Origin: Prorocentrum cordatum
Taxonomy: Eukaryota
NCBI GenBank assembly: GCA_963575745.1
Contig: CAUYUJ010000231.1
Span: 62,001 to 116,543 of the forward strand
Direction of reading: 5' to 3'
DNA: 54,543 nt
Shown here: positions 11,190-23,819 of the stretch, one piece after another
Layout of the letters: every line of letters begins with the position of its first letter
Numbering within the stretch: the first letter of the stretch is position 1
The notes under the pieces: generated by a model
What the model was told of the DNA's origin: nothing
The model's database searches: none
Seen by the model: the letters and a program-made list of their open reading frames with translations, nothing else
Translations under genes and position numbers: made by a program

Positions 11190-13040
11190 GGTCCCCTACT
11201 TCTTACACTCCAATGGCGATGTGGCCATCGGAAGGGTCTTGTGTCCTCTCGCGTGTCCTGTCCAGTCAAGGCCGACTGTACACTTCTGTCAACGTCAGAC
11301 TCCGAGTGTGTGGGAGGACAGGAAAGGGAGGACTCCTGGGGGCCTCCAGCCAGTCGAAGGTGGATGGCTTCGCTGTCGAGCACCCGCCGCTGACGTGGCG
11401 AATGTATGTGCACGACTTGTGCATCAGGTTGCGTGGCGGGCAGCAGATGCTGGCCAAGAACCTCGAGATCACGATCGGCAACAATTTCGCGAGGTTGAAT
11501 CAGTTGCGCCTCTAGATCCGGGTGGACGCAGAAAGCAAACAAAAACAGCCGTGGGAAGCACGAATACATCATGGCGAATGGAACGGTGGCGAAGGCAAAC
11601 AACGGGAAACGGATCGCCAATATGTGGATGCGGGGACAGCGTCTCGCCAAATTACGTAGTACAGGACAAGACATGGCCAGAGGCGCGGCGCTCGTGCACA
11701 CATGCGGTTCGACGAGGTCAGTCTTTTACGGGTGCAAGCGCATGAGCATGCTTGGCCACCAGCTGCGACTAATACGACGGGCTGCAGGGCAGGCGTTACC
11801 TTGAGGGCGGCACCTTCACTTTACAACTAGTGGTGGCGCAGGAAGGCCCCACCGCCGTGGTCATGTTGACCTCCGTCTTGCGATGGGCGAGCGCAGCCTG
11901 GGAAGCAAGCGGCCAGGATCTGAATCGCGTCGGGCCGAGGAGAACGGCAACGAAGCACTGGTTGTTCCTCGGTTTCTGAGTCGCCACGTGGGGCTGGGTT
12001 CAGACCCTGGGCTCCCCCAGGCCCGGAGTGGCCACCTGGAATTGAGTGCAAACCTCGGGACTGCCCATGTTCGGCGCCGCCGCTCGCTGGGTCCAAGCCC
12101 TGGGCTCGCTCAGAGTGGCCGCGCGCTGGATCTCCGCGAGCGCCGGAGCTCGGAGGAAGGCAGCAGCGAGACGCCTGGAGATGGAGCCAGCATTCGTCGG
12201 AGCAGGCGGGCAGGCAGGGGCGGCGATCATGTCGCAGCGGCGAGCTGGGCCCAGGGCGGGCGTGGGCTTCGGGGCGTACCAAATGCACGAAGCAGGGCCG
12301 CATGTCGGACCCGAGGCAGGCGTGCCCCGTGGGGCTCGCGGCGGAGCTGAAGCTGGCCGCGCAGGCGAAGTTCCGGGAGGACTGGAGCACGCAGGGCGAG
12401 TGCCAGAGCTTGGCGCCAGCGCCACTGGCACAGCCGGTGGCGCCTCCGCTTCGGGTGCGCGGTTTCCCAAAACACGCGAAGGGCGCGACGAAAGAGGTGG
12501 CGTTCCGTGACAGTGTGACCATGGGCAAGCGTCGCGCTCGCAACATCGCTCCGGCAAACACCGGAGACCAGGACACAGATAAACCAGGACAGGGAAAACC
12601 ATGCAAGGTCACGTTTTTCAGCACCCGTGCATGTTTTGCTTGCTGCACTGCAGGATTCGGGTTCGTGTCCGGGTTTAGGGGGGTCTTGCAGGCTTTTGAG
12701 GTCTGTGTCCGGGTTTATTCTGGAAATGCTGCAGTGCAGTATTTCGTTCGTGCCGCCGTTTGGATAATTTGATTTCGAGGGATGTTGGGTGTCCGGGTCT
12801 AGCGTGTCCGGGCCATCGGCATTACAAGTACAGTGCGTCGCGGGAGGCGCGGCTCAAGCCGCAGGCGGAGTGGCGGCGCCCAGTGGAGCAGCAGTGGCGC
12901 AGCCTTTTTTGGGGCGAGAGGTACGGCGAGGGGCCCAGCGGCGAATCGGCAGTTCGTGGGGGCCGACGAGGGCCGTTCCTGCCACGAGGTGGCCGCGTGC
13001 TACGACCAGATCCTAGCCTTACTTCAGAGCGTGAATTACC
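11190..13040 (+). mobile_element. Decayed non-LTR retrotransposon (LINE): RT motif, post-RT region, Cys/His region and RNase H-like remnant, interrupted by a small TIR element at about 12550-12815
   Basis: HPPLTWRMYVHDLCIRLRG: YVHD at 11405-11416 is one base from the RT YxDD motif. It is followed by RLAKLR...TCGSTRSVFYG...LRLIRRAAG, then LFWGERYGEG (YxDGS-like) and DEG...AACY...QSV. Many stops and frameshifts. Confidence 0.55.
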
Positions 13041-13537
13041 TACCCCGCTTTCGCTTCCAGGCACAACCAAGCCATACCACGCGCCTCCTCGTCAAGCGGC
13101 CTGACCAGTACAGGCTGCAATTTGGCATCGTTTGGTGTCTCTTGGAAGCGAGGCTGGTCAAAAGCGAGGTAGGTTTGCTTTCCCCCTATTACTGGCGACA
13201 TAGAACGCGACGGGTCGAATCCGGGGGACGCGTGTTGATCGCATGCGGGCTGGGCCGCGGCGTCCATCGTCGAGGCTGGAACGGCGTGCGCGCAGCTGTC
13301 GGGGCCGCTGAGAAGCACGTTGCCAGAGCATGGGTCAGCCGAGCCGGTCGAGCGGCGGGTCTTCCTCGAGGTGCCGTGTGTTCGCGGACCGCGGGGGCAT
13401 CGTCGACGGGCCGGCAAGCGATGTGAGCGGCGGCGCGCACGCTGGAAGCGATTTCGCTAATTTTTGGAAGCGCATCTGGCGCGCGACCTCGACCTCGACG
13501 GAAGCCACGTTGAGCACGCGGAGGCGCATGGGTCCAG

Positions 13538-13595
13538 GACCAAGAGCAGCCGGCCGACGGGCGACGACCCGAACGTCCGGAAGGACGGCGCCGAG
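13538..13595 (+). CDS. Candidate linker exon (K)TKSSRPTGDDPNVRKDGAE
   Basis: ggtccag|G ... GAG|gtgggc. Nearly all codons end in G or C in this frame. Confidence 0.35.
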
Positions 13596-14619
13596 GTGGG
13601 CTTGCTGGACAACGGGGGGTGGGGGGGTGGGGGGGGCGAGGAGGTGTCCTTTGGCGAGCAGCAGCCCCCTGGCGGACCTTGGGCGGCGCGGCATGCCGGA
13701 CGGCGGCTTGGGGGGGGGGGGGGGCGAGGGCCCGGCCCGGCGCCCCGACGCGGCCTGCGGTGCGCGCGCGGCGTCGGAGGACCAGGCCAGATGCCCCCCC
13801 GGCCCGGCACGGAGCTGCGGCGGGGTGGGCGCGGATGGGCGGCATCCCGCGCGGCGCGGGGGCGGCCGCGACAAGGGTTAAAACGACGCGAACATCGGGA
13901 CAAAATCGGATCGGGATAACTCGAAATCTCTGAGACTCGGCGGGTTTGGAGGATGTATTGGGCGCCGCGGCCGCTCCAGAGCGCTCCGGAATGCTCTGAG
14001 AGCGCTCCGGAACGCTCTGGAGCGATTTATCCCGATCCTAGCCCTGTTTTAAGGGTGGGGAAGATGCGCGGCACGCTCTGCTTTCGCCGCCACCGCGGAG
14101 CGTAGCACAGCCGCTGGACAGCGCGGCGCCGGCATCATGGGGAGGAAGGCCTGCGCGAGCTGCGACCGCGACGTCAGCGCCTCGAGGAGCGGCCGGATCT
14201 CTGACGATCAGATTCCGGCCGAGCCGATCTCAGTAGCGACGCCTGGCACCAGCATTGTGACTGCGGGTCGGCGTAGCACGATATCGTTCACACAAAAGAA
14301 GAAAACAGTCAGCACGCGAACAGACGACACAAGAACACACGCACCATCGATCTGCGCCGAAGCCATGCGTCAACAAAAAAACATACACCAGAAAAATACA
14401 CCAAGCAACATGCACCAAATTCGCACATCGTCGCAGTCAGAAGCCATGCGCCAGCCTGTGGCACGGCGCTTGGGCAAAACATGCACTCACATATGCATAG
14501 ATGTACGTGCCCTGCCGTGTGGCAGGCCGGTGATACGATGACACGACACAGCACGTAGCAAGGGAAGGGGGGAGGAGGAGGAGCGGCAGGGTCAGGAGAG
14601 TCAGAGGTGACCTCCTTCC

Positions 14620-15085
14620 TGTAAACTTGATTGCGCCAGCTTGTACACACTATGAGACCATTGCAGCTTAGGGCGGCCGCGCTTCCGGCGCAGTGCCCTC
14701 TGGCTCGCACACCAAGAGCCTTAAACAGTTGTCGTAAGGCAAACGCGTTATTTGTTCTTATGATTGCACGTGCCTTTGGCGCAATGTCTCACTCAGGGGG
14801 ACTGCTTGCGCAAGCGACAAACAGTGTGGCGTTTGAACTTCTAGAATAGTATGCGTGCTGGATCCTCAGAATGCGTCGGAGACACGATGCTTGAAAACCA
14901 TTGAGTCTGCTACGGTCTGCTTGAAATATCCATAAGGACTCCAAGTTGTATAAAAGCTTGGGTACCACGATGGCGTCAAACAGGCGAATCTTCCGAAACT
15001 TGCTGATACCGGCGTAGTTCCAGCACTTGTGCAACAATTTGAATATGTCCCTAGCTTCCCCCGGCCGTCTTGTAACCTCCAGCTT
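14620..15085 (-). mobile_element. 3' fragment of an RTE-type non-LTR retrotransposon ORF (region downstream of RT)
   Basis: EVTRRPGEARDIFKLLHKCWNYAGISKFRKIRLFDAIVVPKLLYNLESLWIFQADRSRLNGFQASCLRRILRIQHAYYSRSSNA matches the ExxRRxxxA..F..L...W......K......V...LLYxxE.W......L..F...CLRRIL.I.....xSN pattern of RTE-clade LINEs. It is truncated and frameshifted. Confidence 0.85.
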
Positions 15086-15749
15086 ATACCATAACATCGT
15101 CACAACATGAATTTCCGTCTTGCAACCTCCGTCTTGCAACCTCCGCCTGCAACATCGTCACAACATGAAACAATGTTTTACCCCACATCTTTTATGCACA
15201 TACACCAATGAAAGACCCCAAGAGCTAACATCTTTATGCCCCGAAGGTCCGTTGTGGGGATTGCTCGAAGCATCGTACTTTGATTGGGCGGGCTGGCTGC
15301 CTGGATGGATCTTTCGAAGATTGGTTGGGAAAGATATTGACCAGACTTGGGCCGCTGGATGGTTGGCCGGCGAGCACGCTGACCATGGGAAGAAGGCGAC
15401 GTAAGGGACGGGTGCAAGGGCCCCAGACATGATCGTGTCGTAAAAAAACGGGACGGGAGGTTTTTGGTCATTTTCGGCTTCGGTGGGCCCTCGCCGGGCC
15501 TCGGGAGCGTCGAAGACGACTCAGGTTGAAAAGCCGGTCCTAGGGAGGGTCGGGTTTTCCAGGGACGCCGTCCTGAAAAAATCAGGATGTCGCATGTCAA
15601 GGGCCGTGAGTTTGTGAAGGGTCGTGACTGCGCGCCCACGCGTATCGGCCGCCAGAGGGGGAATAGAAAGGGGACTGGACCAGAAAACAAACGACACCAC
15701 CCCACCCACGGCCCCACGGGGCTCAGCATATACCAACAAGCCGGGCGTG

Positions 15750-16135
15750 GGAGGAGGAGGAGGGGGAGGATGAGGAGGAGGAGCAGGAGGAGGAGCAGGA
15801 GGAGGAGGAGAAGGAGGAGGAGGAGGAGGAGGAGGAGAGGAGGAGAGGAGGAGGAGGAGCAGCAGGAGAGGAGGAGGAGGAGGAGAGGAGGAGGAGGAGG
15901 AGGGGGGAGGGGGAGGGGGAGGGGGAGGGGGAGGGGGAGGGGGAGGAGGAGGGGGAGGCGGAGGAGAGGAGGAGGACGACGAGGACGAGGACGAGGACGA
16001 GGAGGAGGAGGAGGAGGAGGAGGAGGAGGAGGTGGAGGAGGAGGAGGAGGAGGTGGAGGTGGAGGTGGAGGAGGAGGAGGAGGAGGAGGAGGAGGAGAAG
16101 GAGGAGGACGAGGAGGGAGGAGGAGGAGGAGGGCG
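15750..16135 (+). repeat. (GAG)n-based compound microsatellite; one of many GAG/CTC tracts (e.g. 9498-9630, 10730-10850, 16277-16380, 17870-18020, 19520-19830, 19990-20100, 31855-31980)
   Basis: Seen directly. These tracts explain the poly-E/G/R/S/P/L ORFs in the track. Confidence 0.95.
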
Positions 16136-16153
16136 GAGGATCCCCATCGGCAG

Positions 16154-16202
16154 GATGGCGGCGGCGAGGAGCATGCCCAAGATCCGTTGGCCCCGGCCGG
16201 AG
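16154..16202 (+). CDS. Candidate linker exon DGGGEEHAQDPLAPAG; frame and 3' end uncertain
   Basis: Unique GC-rich island between a (GAG)n and a (CTC)n tract, with a tcggcag|G acceptor and an AG|ga donor. Confidence 0.3.
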
Positions 16203-16849
16203 GAGCGGCGCGCCCGCGGGGTCCAGCAGCGCCGGGGCGGGGGAGCGGAGGCCAGGGGCGATGTAAGGGCGGGGTGCTCCCTCCTCCTCCTCCTCCTCCT
16301 CCTCCTCCTCCTCCTCCTCCTCCTCCTCCTCCTCCTCCTCCCCCTCCTCCTGCTGCTGCTCCTGCTGCTGCTCCTCCTCATCCCTCTGTCGACCCTCGCC
16401 CAGAGAGAGAGAGAGAGAGAGAGAGGGGCCCAGGGACGTTTCCCCAGAGGGAACGAGGCGATACTTCGCCGCCCCAGAGAAGATTGCAGAGAAGATTGGT
16501 TGCGCGCAGAGGGGGATAAGGGGGAGGGGGGGAGGCTTCTTAGAAGAAGGTCGGTTCTCAGAAGGCGCAGACCCCACATCTACAGGCAAGGCTCGCGCCT
16601 TCTAAGAAGCAGGGATGCTTCTAAGAAGCCTTCCCCCCTCCCCCCACCGCCATGTGCGCGCCGCCAAGGAGGGGGGGGGGCGCGCATCAAGAAACTTCTT
16701 GCGGCCGCGCCCGCACCGTGGGGGGGGAGGGGAGGGGGGATGGGCTCAGTGGGGGAAGCGTCGGCCCCCAGTCGCCAGATGTGCATATGTCTATCTTTGC
16801 AGTCGGATCCGTACATCGTCATACCACTTCACCTCTCTCTCTCTTTCTT

Positions 16850-16884
<35 letters not shown>

Positions 16885-17578
16885 TTATTTCTCTATTTTT
16901 CTCTTCCTCTCTATTTCTCGCTCTCTTTCTTATAATCTTATCTGTGTATATGTATATACGTATATGTACACGCACTTGTGTATCGCTATCGTGTTCTGTC
17001 TCTCTCTCTCTCTGTCCCTGTCTCCATCCTCCGTCCCTCTTCCCGTGTGCACTGTGTCTATCTCTACGGATTCATCATCCTTGCCAGGAGATTTGGAACC
17101 AGAGTAGGGAGCCAGGAAAACCCGGCCGCCCTCCGACATCGGCGCGTAACCCAGAACCCTAATTTTGGGAATACGGCCGCTCACCGAAATCAGTGGGCTA
17201 CCTTTCTACACACTCCAGCAGTATACACTAGTACCCCTTTCGGTGCAAGCATTGATCGTGGAAGTCGATGATGTTGCTCTTGGTCCGCAGCCGTTTGGGT
17301 CGTCTTGAGGCCAGCTGTTGCCGTCTTGGAGCCACGTTGGGGCCTGTTGAGGCCATCTCGGCTGTCTTGGAGGCGTCTTGAACGCAATGTTGGACGGTGT
17401 TGGGCCGTCTTGGAGGCCATGTCGGGGACCATATTGGACGTCTTGGAAGCGGAGGAAGCTCTTGTGGGCTTCTTTTCGCTTGCCTTCTGGATGGATAGCG
17501 GGATGCGCCGAGGACCCTTTTGGGAACCGCGCGGAAGGGCCAGGCAGTGCTTCGATAGTCGGCACGTCGAGCACTCTT

Positions 17579-17731
17579 CAGGAGGGGAAAAAACACACAG
17601 ACACAATTAATCGTCGATCCCCCGGAAAATATGGGAAAATATGGGAAGTGGGGGGGAAGACAGAAACCCAGAACATATGGGGAAATATGGGGGGTATTTC
17701 TATTTGTGTGTATTTATTTGTGTGTCCTGGG
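17579..17731 (+). mobile_element. Dispersed repeat family C; copies at 20519-20669 and 26218-26510
   Basis: caggaggg..aaacacacagacacaa..atcgtcg..tcccc.gaaa.atgggaa..tatgggaagt.ggggggaagaca...ttgtgtgtcc.tg is shared by all three copies. Confidence 0.85.
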
Positions 17732-19480
17732 GCCCCTTCACTTGTGGCAAGCGAACAAAAGGGGGTGGCGGATCGAGCGGCCTTCGGCCCACGCCGCCCC
17801 CGTGCCTGGGGTCTCTCAGGGGGCCTGTTGGGGGCCTCTTGGAGCCCTCCGGAGGGCCTCGGCCTCGTCCTCCGCCTCCTCCTCCTCCTCCTCCCTCCTC
17901 CTCCTCCTCCTCCTCCTCCTCCTCCTCCTCCTCCTCGTCCTCGTCCTCGTCCTCGTCCTCCTCCTCCTCCTCCTCCTCCTCCTCCTCCTCCTCTTCCTCC
18001 TCCTCCCCCTCCTCCTCCCCCCCACGACCCTCCAGAGCGCCCCTCACGAGGCCCAGAGGGGCACCCTGTGGGCCTCGTGGGGGCGGCTGGACGCCCCTTG
18101 GGGTTCGGGGGGGGGGGGCTGCTGGTTGTCTGGGGGCCATCTTCCGCTGGCAGGGCTCCGGAAGGCAGCGCGAGTGCCTCCCCACGGGCCCCTCTTGGGG
18201 GCCAGGGGATTTGTGGGGGCCTGTCTTGAGGGCCTCAGAGGCCCTCTTGGGTCTGGGGGGCCACTTGGGCCATCTCGGACGCACTGAGCACCACAAAGTT
18301 GAGTGTGCGGCAACAGTTTTTCAGACCGAGCAAGCTTTCCGTGATGTTGGCTTCCTGGTCTGGTTTCCAGGGTTTCCAGGACAGGCCAAGATGCAATCCA
18401 GGCGGTCCCTTAGGGCTACCATGGTTTCTACTCAGACTCGTTGAGAGGTTCATGGATGACTCTGGGGGACAGTTGAGTCGAGTTGGGCGGGCTTGTCTTG
18501 CGGGAGGCCAACGCGGCAAGACCCAGAAGCGCCCAAGGGTTCCCAAGAATTCTAATTTGGTGGTCCGATTTTGAATAATCCAGTTTCATATTAATATTCA
18601 CACTTGCACATTTGTATGAGCTCTGGGGCACGAGATTACGGTGTATCCGGGGCAACGTGAAGGGCCTTTTTATGTACTTGGAGTTCTTCTCACGGCCGAC
18701 TAAGCTGACGGCGACGGCTACATCAGCCCGAGTTGGTGGACCGTTACGGCCATCGCGGTTGGAAGGTGTGCGACCAACGTGTGCCAGAGGGTAGGGCAGA
18801 GCTCTGAACCGCAGAGGCAATCCAGATCGGCTCTGGCGGAGAGAGGGTGCTGTGTACGAGCCGCACGAATGTTACAGTCTTTCTCCAGGCCAGATCCCGC
18901 CAGCGCCCCCTCTCCCTCGGTTCGTAACCATCCTGGCCAAAGGCGAACGGCCAAGTAAAAGTTCCGGGTTTGTGCGTCCAGGCGTGCTTCCCGCATTTCT
19001 TTTTCATATTTGCGCATGGGTTGCTCTGGAGGAGAGGAGGGCGGAGGAACGCAAGGAAGCGGAGCATGCCTCGTGAGCAGGGCGGCGTGATGAAGGAGGA
19101 CGTGGGATAGGTCGATGGGGCAGGGAGCAGGGAGCAGGAGGTGGACTGGGCAGCGGAGTCGACGGAAGCACGGGAGCTGGAGGCGGAAGAGGTTGGAGTA
19201 GGAGCACCCAGACCACGAGGAGGAGGAGGAGGAGGAGGAGGAGGAGGAGGGAGAGGACGAGGACGAGGAGGAGGACGAGGATCGAAGAAGGAACAACATC
19301 ACAAGCATATACTTTTGGAGTTCCTCGCGGATTTCTTGAGTGGACCCCCCTGCCTGGCGCGCGGAGCGCGCCAGTGCCGGCGCTGGAGGCGCCTGAACGG
19401 TGGCCCAGCGCCGATCCAAGAAATTCGCGCGGACCTCCGAATGTTTATGCGTATGATTGCTTCTGTCTCCCCACAGCGAG

Positions 19481-19503
19481 GATGTGGTCTGGACGTGGAG
19501 CAG
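19481..19503 (+). CDS. Candidate micro-exon (G)CGLDVEQ
   Basis: Pyrimidine tract ttctgtctccccacagcgag|GA TGT GGT CTG GAC GTG GAG CAG|gaggag. The phase fits the next exon. Confidence 0.3.
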
Positions 19504-19883
19504 GAGGAGGCTGGATTGTAGGAGGAGGAGGAGGAGGAGGAGGAGGAGGAGGAGCAGGAGCAGGGGGAGGAGGAGGAGGAGGACGAGGACGAGGAGCAGG
19601 AGGAGGAGGAGGAGAGGTGGAGGAGGAGGAGGAGGAGAGGAGGAGGGGGAGGGGGAGGAGGAGGAGGAGTGAGGAGGTGGAGGAGGAGGAGGAGCAGGAG
19701 GAGGAGGAGGAGGAGGAGGAGGAGGAGGAGGAGCAGACGAGGAGGAGGAGAGGAGAGGAGGAGGAGGAAGAGGAGGAGTTGCAGGAGAAGGAGGACGAGG
19801 ACGAGGAGGATGAGGACGACGACGACGACGAAGCTGGAACACCAGAGGGGCCGTGGTCCTCCGGGCCCTTTCGCCATCTGCAG

Positions 19884-19961
19884 GAGGAAAGCCTGACGGG
19901 GACGGACTCGGAGACCCCGGGGCTCCCGTGGATGAAGTCCAACGTGCGCCTGTACTACGAG
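19884..19961 (+). CDS. Exon EESLTGTDSETPGLPWMKSNVRLYYE (juxtamembrane segment)
   Basis: ctgcag|G acceptor and GAG|gccgcc GC donor. 25 of 26 codons end in G or C. It is unique sequence between repeat tracts. Confidence 0.65.
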
Positions 19962-20152
19962 GCCGCCGCCCGCAGGGGGGGGTAGCCACCTCCTCCCCCT
20001 CCTCCTCCTCCTCCTCCTCTCCTCCTCCTCTTCTCCTCCTCCTCCTCCTCCTCTTCCCCCTCCTCCCCCTCCTCCCTCTCCTCTCTCCTCGACCCCCTCC
20101 CCTGCCGCCGCCCGGTGCCGACGCGCCTCGCGATCGCGCGCGCGCGCGCCAG

Positions 20153-20257
20153 GTCCCCTGGCGCCGCCCGCTGCTGCTCGCGGCCGCGGCCGCCGTGGCC
20201 GTCGCGTGCGTCATCCTGGCCGTGGTGTGCGCCCGCAGGGGGGGCGCGGCGGCGCAG
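20153..20257 (+). CDS. Exon encoding one transmembrane helix: VPWRRPLLLAAAAAVAVACVILAVVCARRGGAAAQ
   Basis: cgccag|G acceptor and CAG|gagagc GA donor. About 21 hydrophobic residues bracketed by RR, all codons GC3, in phase with exon 19884-19961. Confidence 0.65.
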
Positions 20258-20362
20258 GAGAGCCGCAGGGGGTCGCGGGGGGGCGAAGCCTGCTCCCTCG
20301 CAGCTGCTCACTCGGCGTCCTTCCACATCCATGTGTATGTATATATATATATATACACATGC

Positions 20363-20402
<40 letters not shown>

Positions 20403-21024
20403 CTAGATATATCTATGTGTGTATATACATATGTGTATCTACACACTTATCTATATATGTTGTAAGGTTGAATATGATTATTTACATAGGCATGTGTATA
20501 TATATGTGTGTGTATGTTCAGGAGGGAAAGAAACACACAGACACAAGTAATCGTCGATTCCCCAGAAAGTATGGGAACATATGGGAAGTTGGGGGGAAGA
20601 CAAAAACCCAGAGATACTTGGAAATGTTGGAAATCCGGTTATTTGTGCCTATTTATTTGTGTGTCCCTGTTCCCCTTCATCTGTATGTGTCTCCGTTGTT
20701 TATGTTTGCTGTTATGTGTTATGTCTCTCTTTCTCTCTTTCTCCCTCTCTCTCTCTCTCTTTTTCTCCCTCTCTCTCTATGTATATATATATATGTGTAT
20801 CTATATATATATATATATTTATATCCCAAGCAGTGCTTGCACTGAAGGGATCCTCGCGGATGTTGAAGGATTTGGCGAAAGTGTCCCGCCGATTTTGGTT
20901 GTTGGCTGGGCTCCTGGGTTCTAGGTTCTGGGTTACCGGGTTCCCGGTTCGGGGTTCGGTGTTCCGGGCCGATTTCGGAGGGCGGCGAGGTTCCCGGGTT
21001 CCCGGGTTCATGGTCGATCTTCTT

Positions 21025-21275
21025 ATCGATCGGTCTCACCATCAATCTCATTACCCATTTCTCGATCGATCTCACCATCGATCTCACAATCGATCTCATT
21101 ATCGATCTCACAAGCGATCTCACTAGAGATCGCATGAGCGATCTCGCGATCGATCTCACTATCGATCTCATTGAATCGATTTCACTCTCGGTCTCATCAT
21201 CGACCTTACAGTCGTCCTCACTATTGATTCCACTACCGATCTCATTATCGATGTCACAATCGATCTCGATATCTA
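21025..21275 (+). repeat. Degenerate 12-bp repeat (CGATCTCACxAT)n; reverse-oriented relative at about 23620-23745
   Basis: Repeated cgatctca units seen directly. Confidence 0.75.
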
Positions 21276-21420
21276 CAGTATGAATATTCAGATCCTCTAC
21301 TGATTGGGGTTTTCTCAGGTGCGGTGTATATATATATATATATATATATCCAGTGACGCTGCCGCGCAATTCCGCCACCGCGCTCGGGCGGGCGCCCAGG
21401 GAGGGGGGGGTCGGGCGCCC

Positions 21421-21595
21421 GGGGGGGGGGCGGAAGTCCATGGAGCGTACCTGCCCCAAGTCAGAGGCGACGACGGGGGCGAGTAGCCCAGGGGAGAGCA
21501 ATACATGTCGGGGGGGGGAAGTCCATTGAACGTCCCTCCCCCAAGTCAGAGGCGACGACAGGGGCGAGTAGCCCAGGGGAGAGCAATACATGTCT
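21421..21595 (+). repeat. Two tandem units of about 87 bp ending ...ccccaagtcagaggcgacgac(g/a)ggggcgagtagcccagggggagagcaatacatgtc
   Basis: Near-identical direct duplication. Confidence 0.8.
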
Positions 21596-21872
21596 TCAGG
21601 TGCGCCGATGATCTATGTCTTCGGAAAGCCTCCCAGGCGAGTACGTGCAATGCCCGCCCCTGGGCTATTCGCCCCTATCGTCGCAGCCGACCGAATTTTG
21701 CATTTTGACTGGCACTACCAATGAACGCATCTTGGGCCCGACGCGTCGGGGGGGGCCGATACTTGCTTCGTCAGGCGCGAGAGGGCCCGACACACAGCTC
21801 TCTCTCTCTCTCTCTCTTTCTCTTTTTTTTTTCTCTCTCTCTCTCTCTGTCTTTCTTCTCATAGGTTCAAGG

Positions 21873-22021
21873 CGGGCCTGTCCCTCTACAGGGGGGAATC
21901 TTCAAAATAATCAAAAAATAGTCTGGGGACCATTTCTTGTCTTATGTTTGAATTTTATTCGAGTATGCTGTGTATTTGTTATTTTTCGTCCAAAGTCCCC
22001 CTGTAGGAGGACAGGCCCGAC
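21873..22021. mobile_element. MITE family with GGGCCTGTCCCTCTACAGGGG TIRs and an AT-rich core; copies at 31521-31661 and about 42900-43062, half copy at about 28995-29022
   Basis: cgggcctgtccctctacagggg pairs with cccctgtaggaggacaggcccg. The same TIR pair occurs at 31.5 kb. Confidence 0.8.
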
Positions 22022-22039
22022 TGAATCAGAGGTGAATCG

Positions 22040-22856
22040 GAGGTTGGGGGGAAGTGAAACGGAGGCCCCCCACCGGGAAATCGGTTTCGGTTTCGTTTCG
22101 GCCGTGCGGGCGGGCGAGGCGAAGTTTCGTAGACGGGCGAGCGGTCTGAACTCGCCGTTGCAAGGGCGAAATCCGGCCAGAGGCTGCTTCCCCCCACCTG
22201 GTTGGCCGACGGTGTCCCGCAGATTGGCTGGCGATGGATTGGGATTGTCCTGATTGTGTCTACATGGTGCCCCGATAGTGTCCACATGGTGTCCTTCTGG
22301 CGTTCCGGTGGTATCCCGATGGTGGCCCGATGGTGTTTTGATGGTGCCCCGATGGTGTCCCGATGATGTTCCAATCTTGTCCACATGGTATCCACATGGT
22401 GTCCTCATGGTGTCCACGTGGTGTCCCGATTGTGTCCACATGGTGTCCACATGGTGTCGTAGTGTTGTCCCAGTGGTTTCCCAGCGGTGTTCGTATGGTG
22501 CCCTGATGGCGTCCGATTGTGTTTCGATGGCGTCCCGATGGTGCCCTGGTGTTGTCCCAACGGTGCCCCAATGGTGTCCCGATGGTGTCCACACGGTGCC
22601 CCAGGGGTGTCCCGTTGATGTCATTTATTTGCCCCCGCAGTGTCGTCAGGTGCTCCACCCCATGGTGTCCAGATGGTGTCCCAGTGGTGCCCCAATGGTC
22701 TCTCAATGGTCCTGTGGTTGTCCCGCGGTTGTCTCGCCGGTGTCCAGGTGGATATGGGAGGGTATTCCGATGGGTGTTTGGTTCTCAATGCCACTACCAG
22801 CACATTAGTACCATCAGCATCACCATAATCATCATCATCAGCATCATCATCATCAA

Positions 22857-22887
<31 letters not shown>

Positions 22888-22975
22888 GTCATCATCTTCA
22901 TCCTTATCATCCATATCATCATCGTCATCATCATCACCATCACCGGCATCATCATCACCAGCATCATCGTCACGA
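22040..22975 (+). repeat. Dispersed head (also at about 23285-23400) followed by an 11-bp minisatellite (ATGGTGTCCCG)n at 22255-22745 and (ATC)n at 22810-22975
   Basis: Shared motif ttcgtttcg..cgtg.gggcgaggcgaag. The second copy is followed by a related (GTCGGTGTCCC)n run at 23430-23620. Confidence 0.75.
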
Positions 22976-23819
22976 TCTCAGCATCGCCGATGCAGCCTGT
23001 CCCGATTGGTCAAACTCCACCAGCCGAGGTTGTATGATGCAATGCTACTGCTGCGTTCTGTCCGTTTGCGATGCCCGCTCATCAGCAGCATCGTCGCCAT
23101 GCAGCGTCACCACCACAATCGTCATCACGCGTTGCTAAGATGCATCGTCCCCAGCTCGCGGGCGCATCAATAGCGTCGTCACCATCACAATTATCGCGGT
23201 TGTCATATCGCGTTTGTCATCTGTTTGTCTCTCCCCCCAAAGCCTCCTTTTCACCCGAAGGGTGGTCGTGCATTTCGCAGGCTGGGGGCTGAGATCGAAG
23301 TGGAACAGAGAGCCCCCCGCTGTTCGTTTCGTGCGTGTGGGCGAGGCGAAGCTGCGTGGGCGGGCGATAGGAATGACCCCGACGCATCACGACAAAAGAC
23401 CGCCCCTCCGGTGGGCCGGCGTGGCCGGGGGTGTCCCATTGTGGTGTCCCACTGTGGTGTCCCGTCGGTGTCCCGTCGGTGTCCACAGACGGTGGCGGGG
23501 GGGTTCCCGCCGTGGTGTCCCGTCGTAGGATCCCGTCGGTGTCCCGTGGGTTTCCCGTCCGTGTCCCGTCGGTGTACCGTCGGTGTCCTGTCGGTGTTCC
23601 GTGGTGTCCCGTCGGTGCGATCGGTAGAGTGAGATCGATAGAGTTAGATCGATAGAGTTAGATCGATAGAATGAGGTCGATATTGAGATCGATAGTGTGG
23701 TCGAGAGTGAGAGCGGTAGTGAGATCGATCGTGAGATCGGTGGTGAGTCAATTTTGTGAGACGTTAGTTCCGTCTCCCGGAGCCTCCTTATCACCCGAAG
23801 TGTATATTTGTACGACCAC

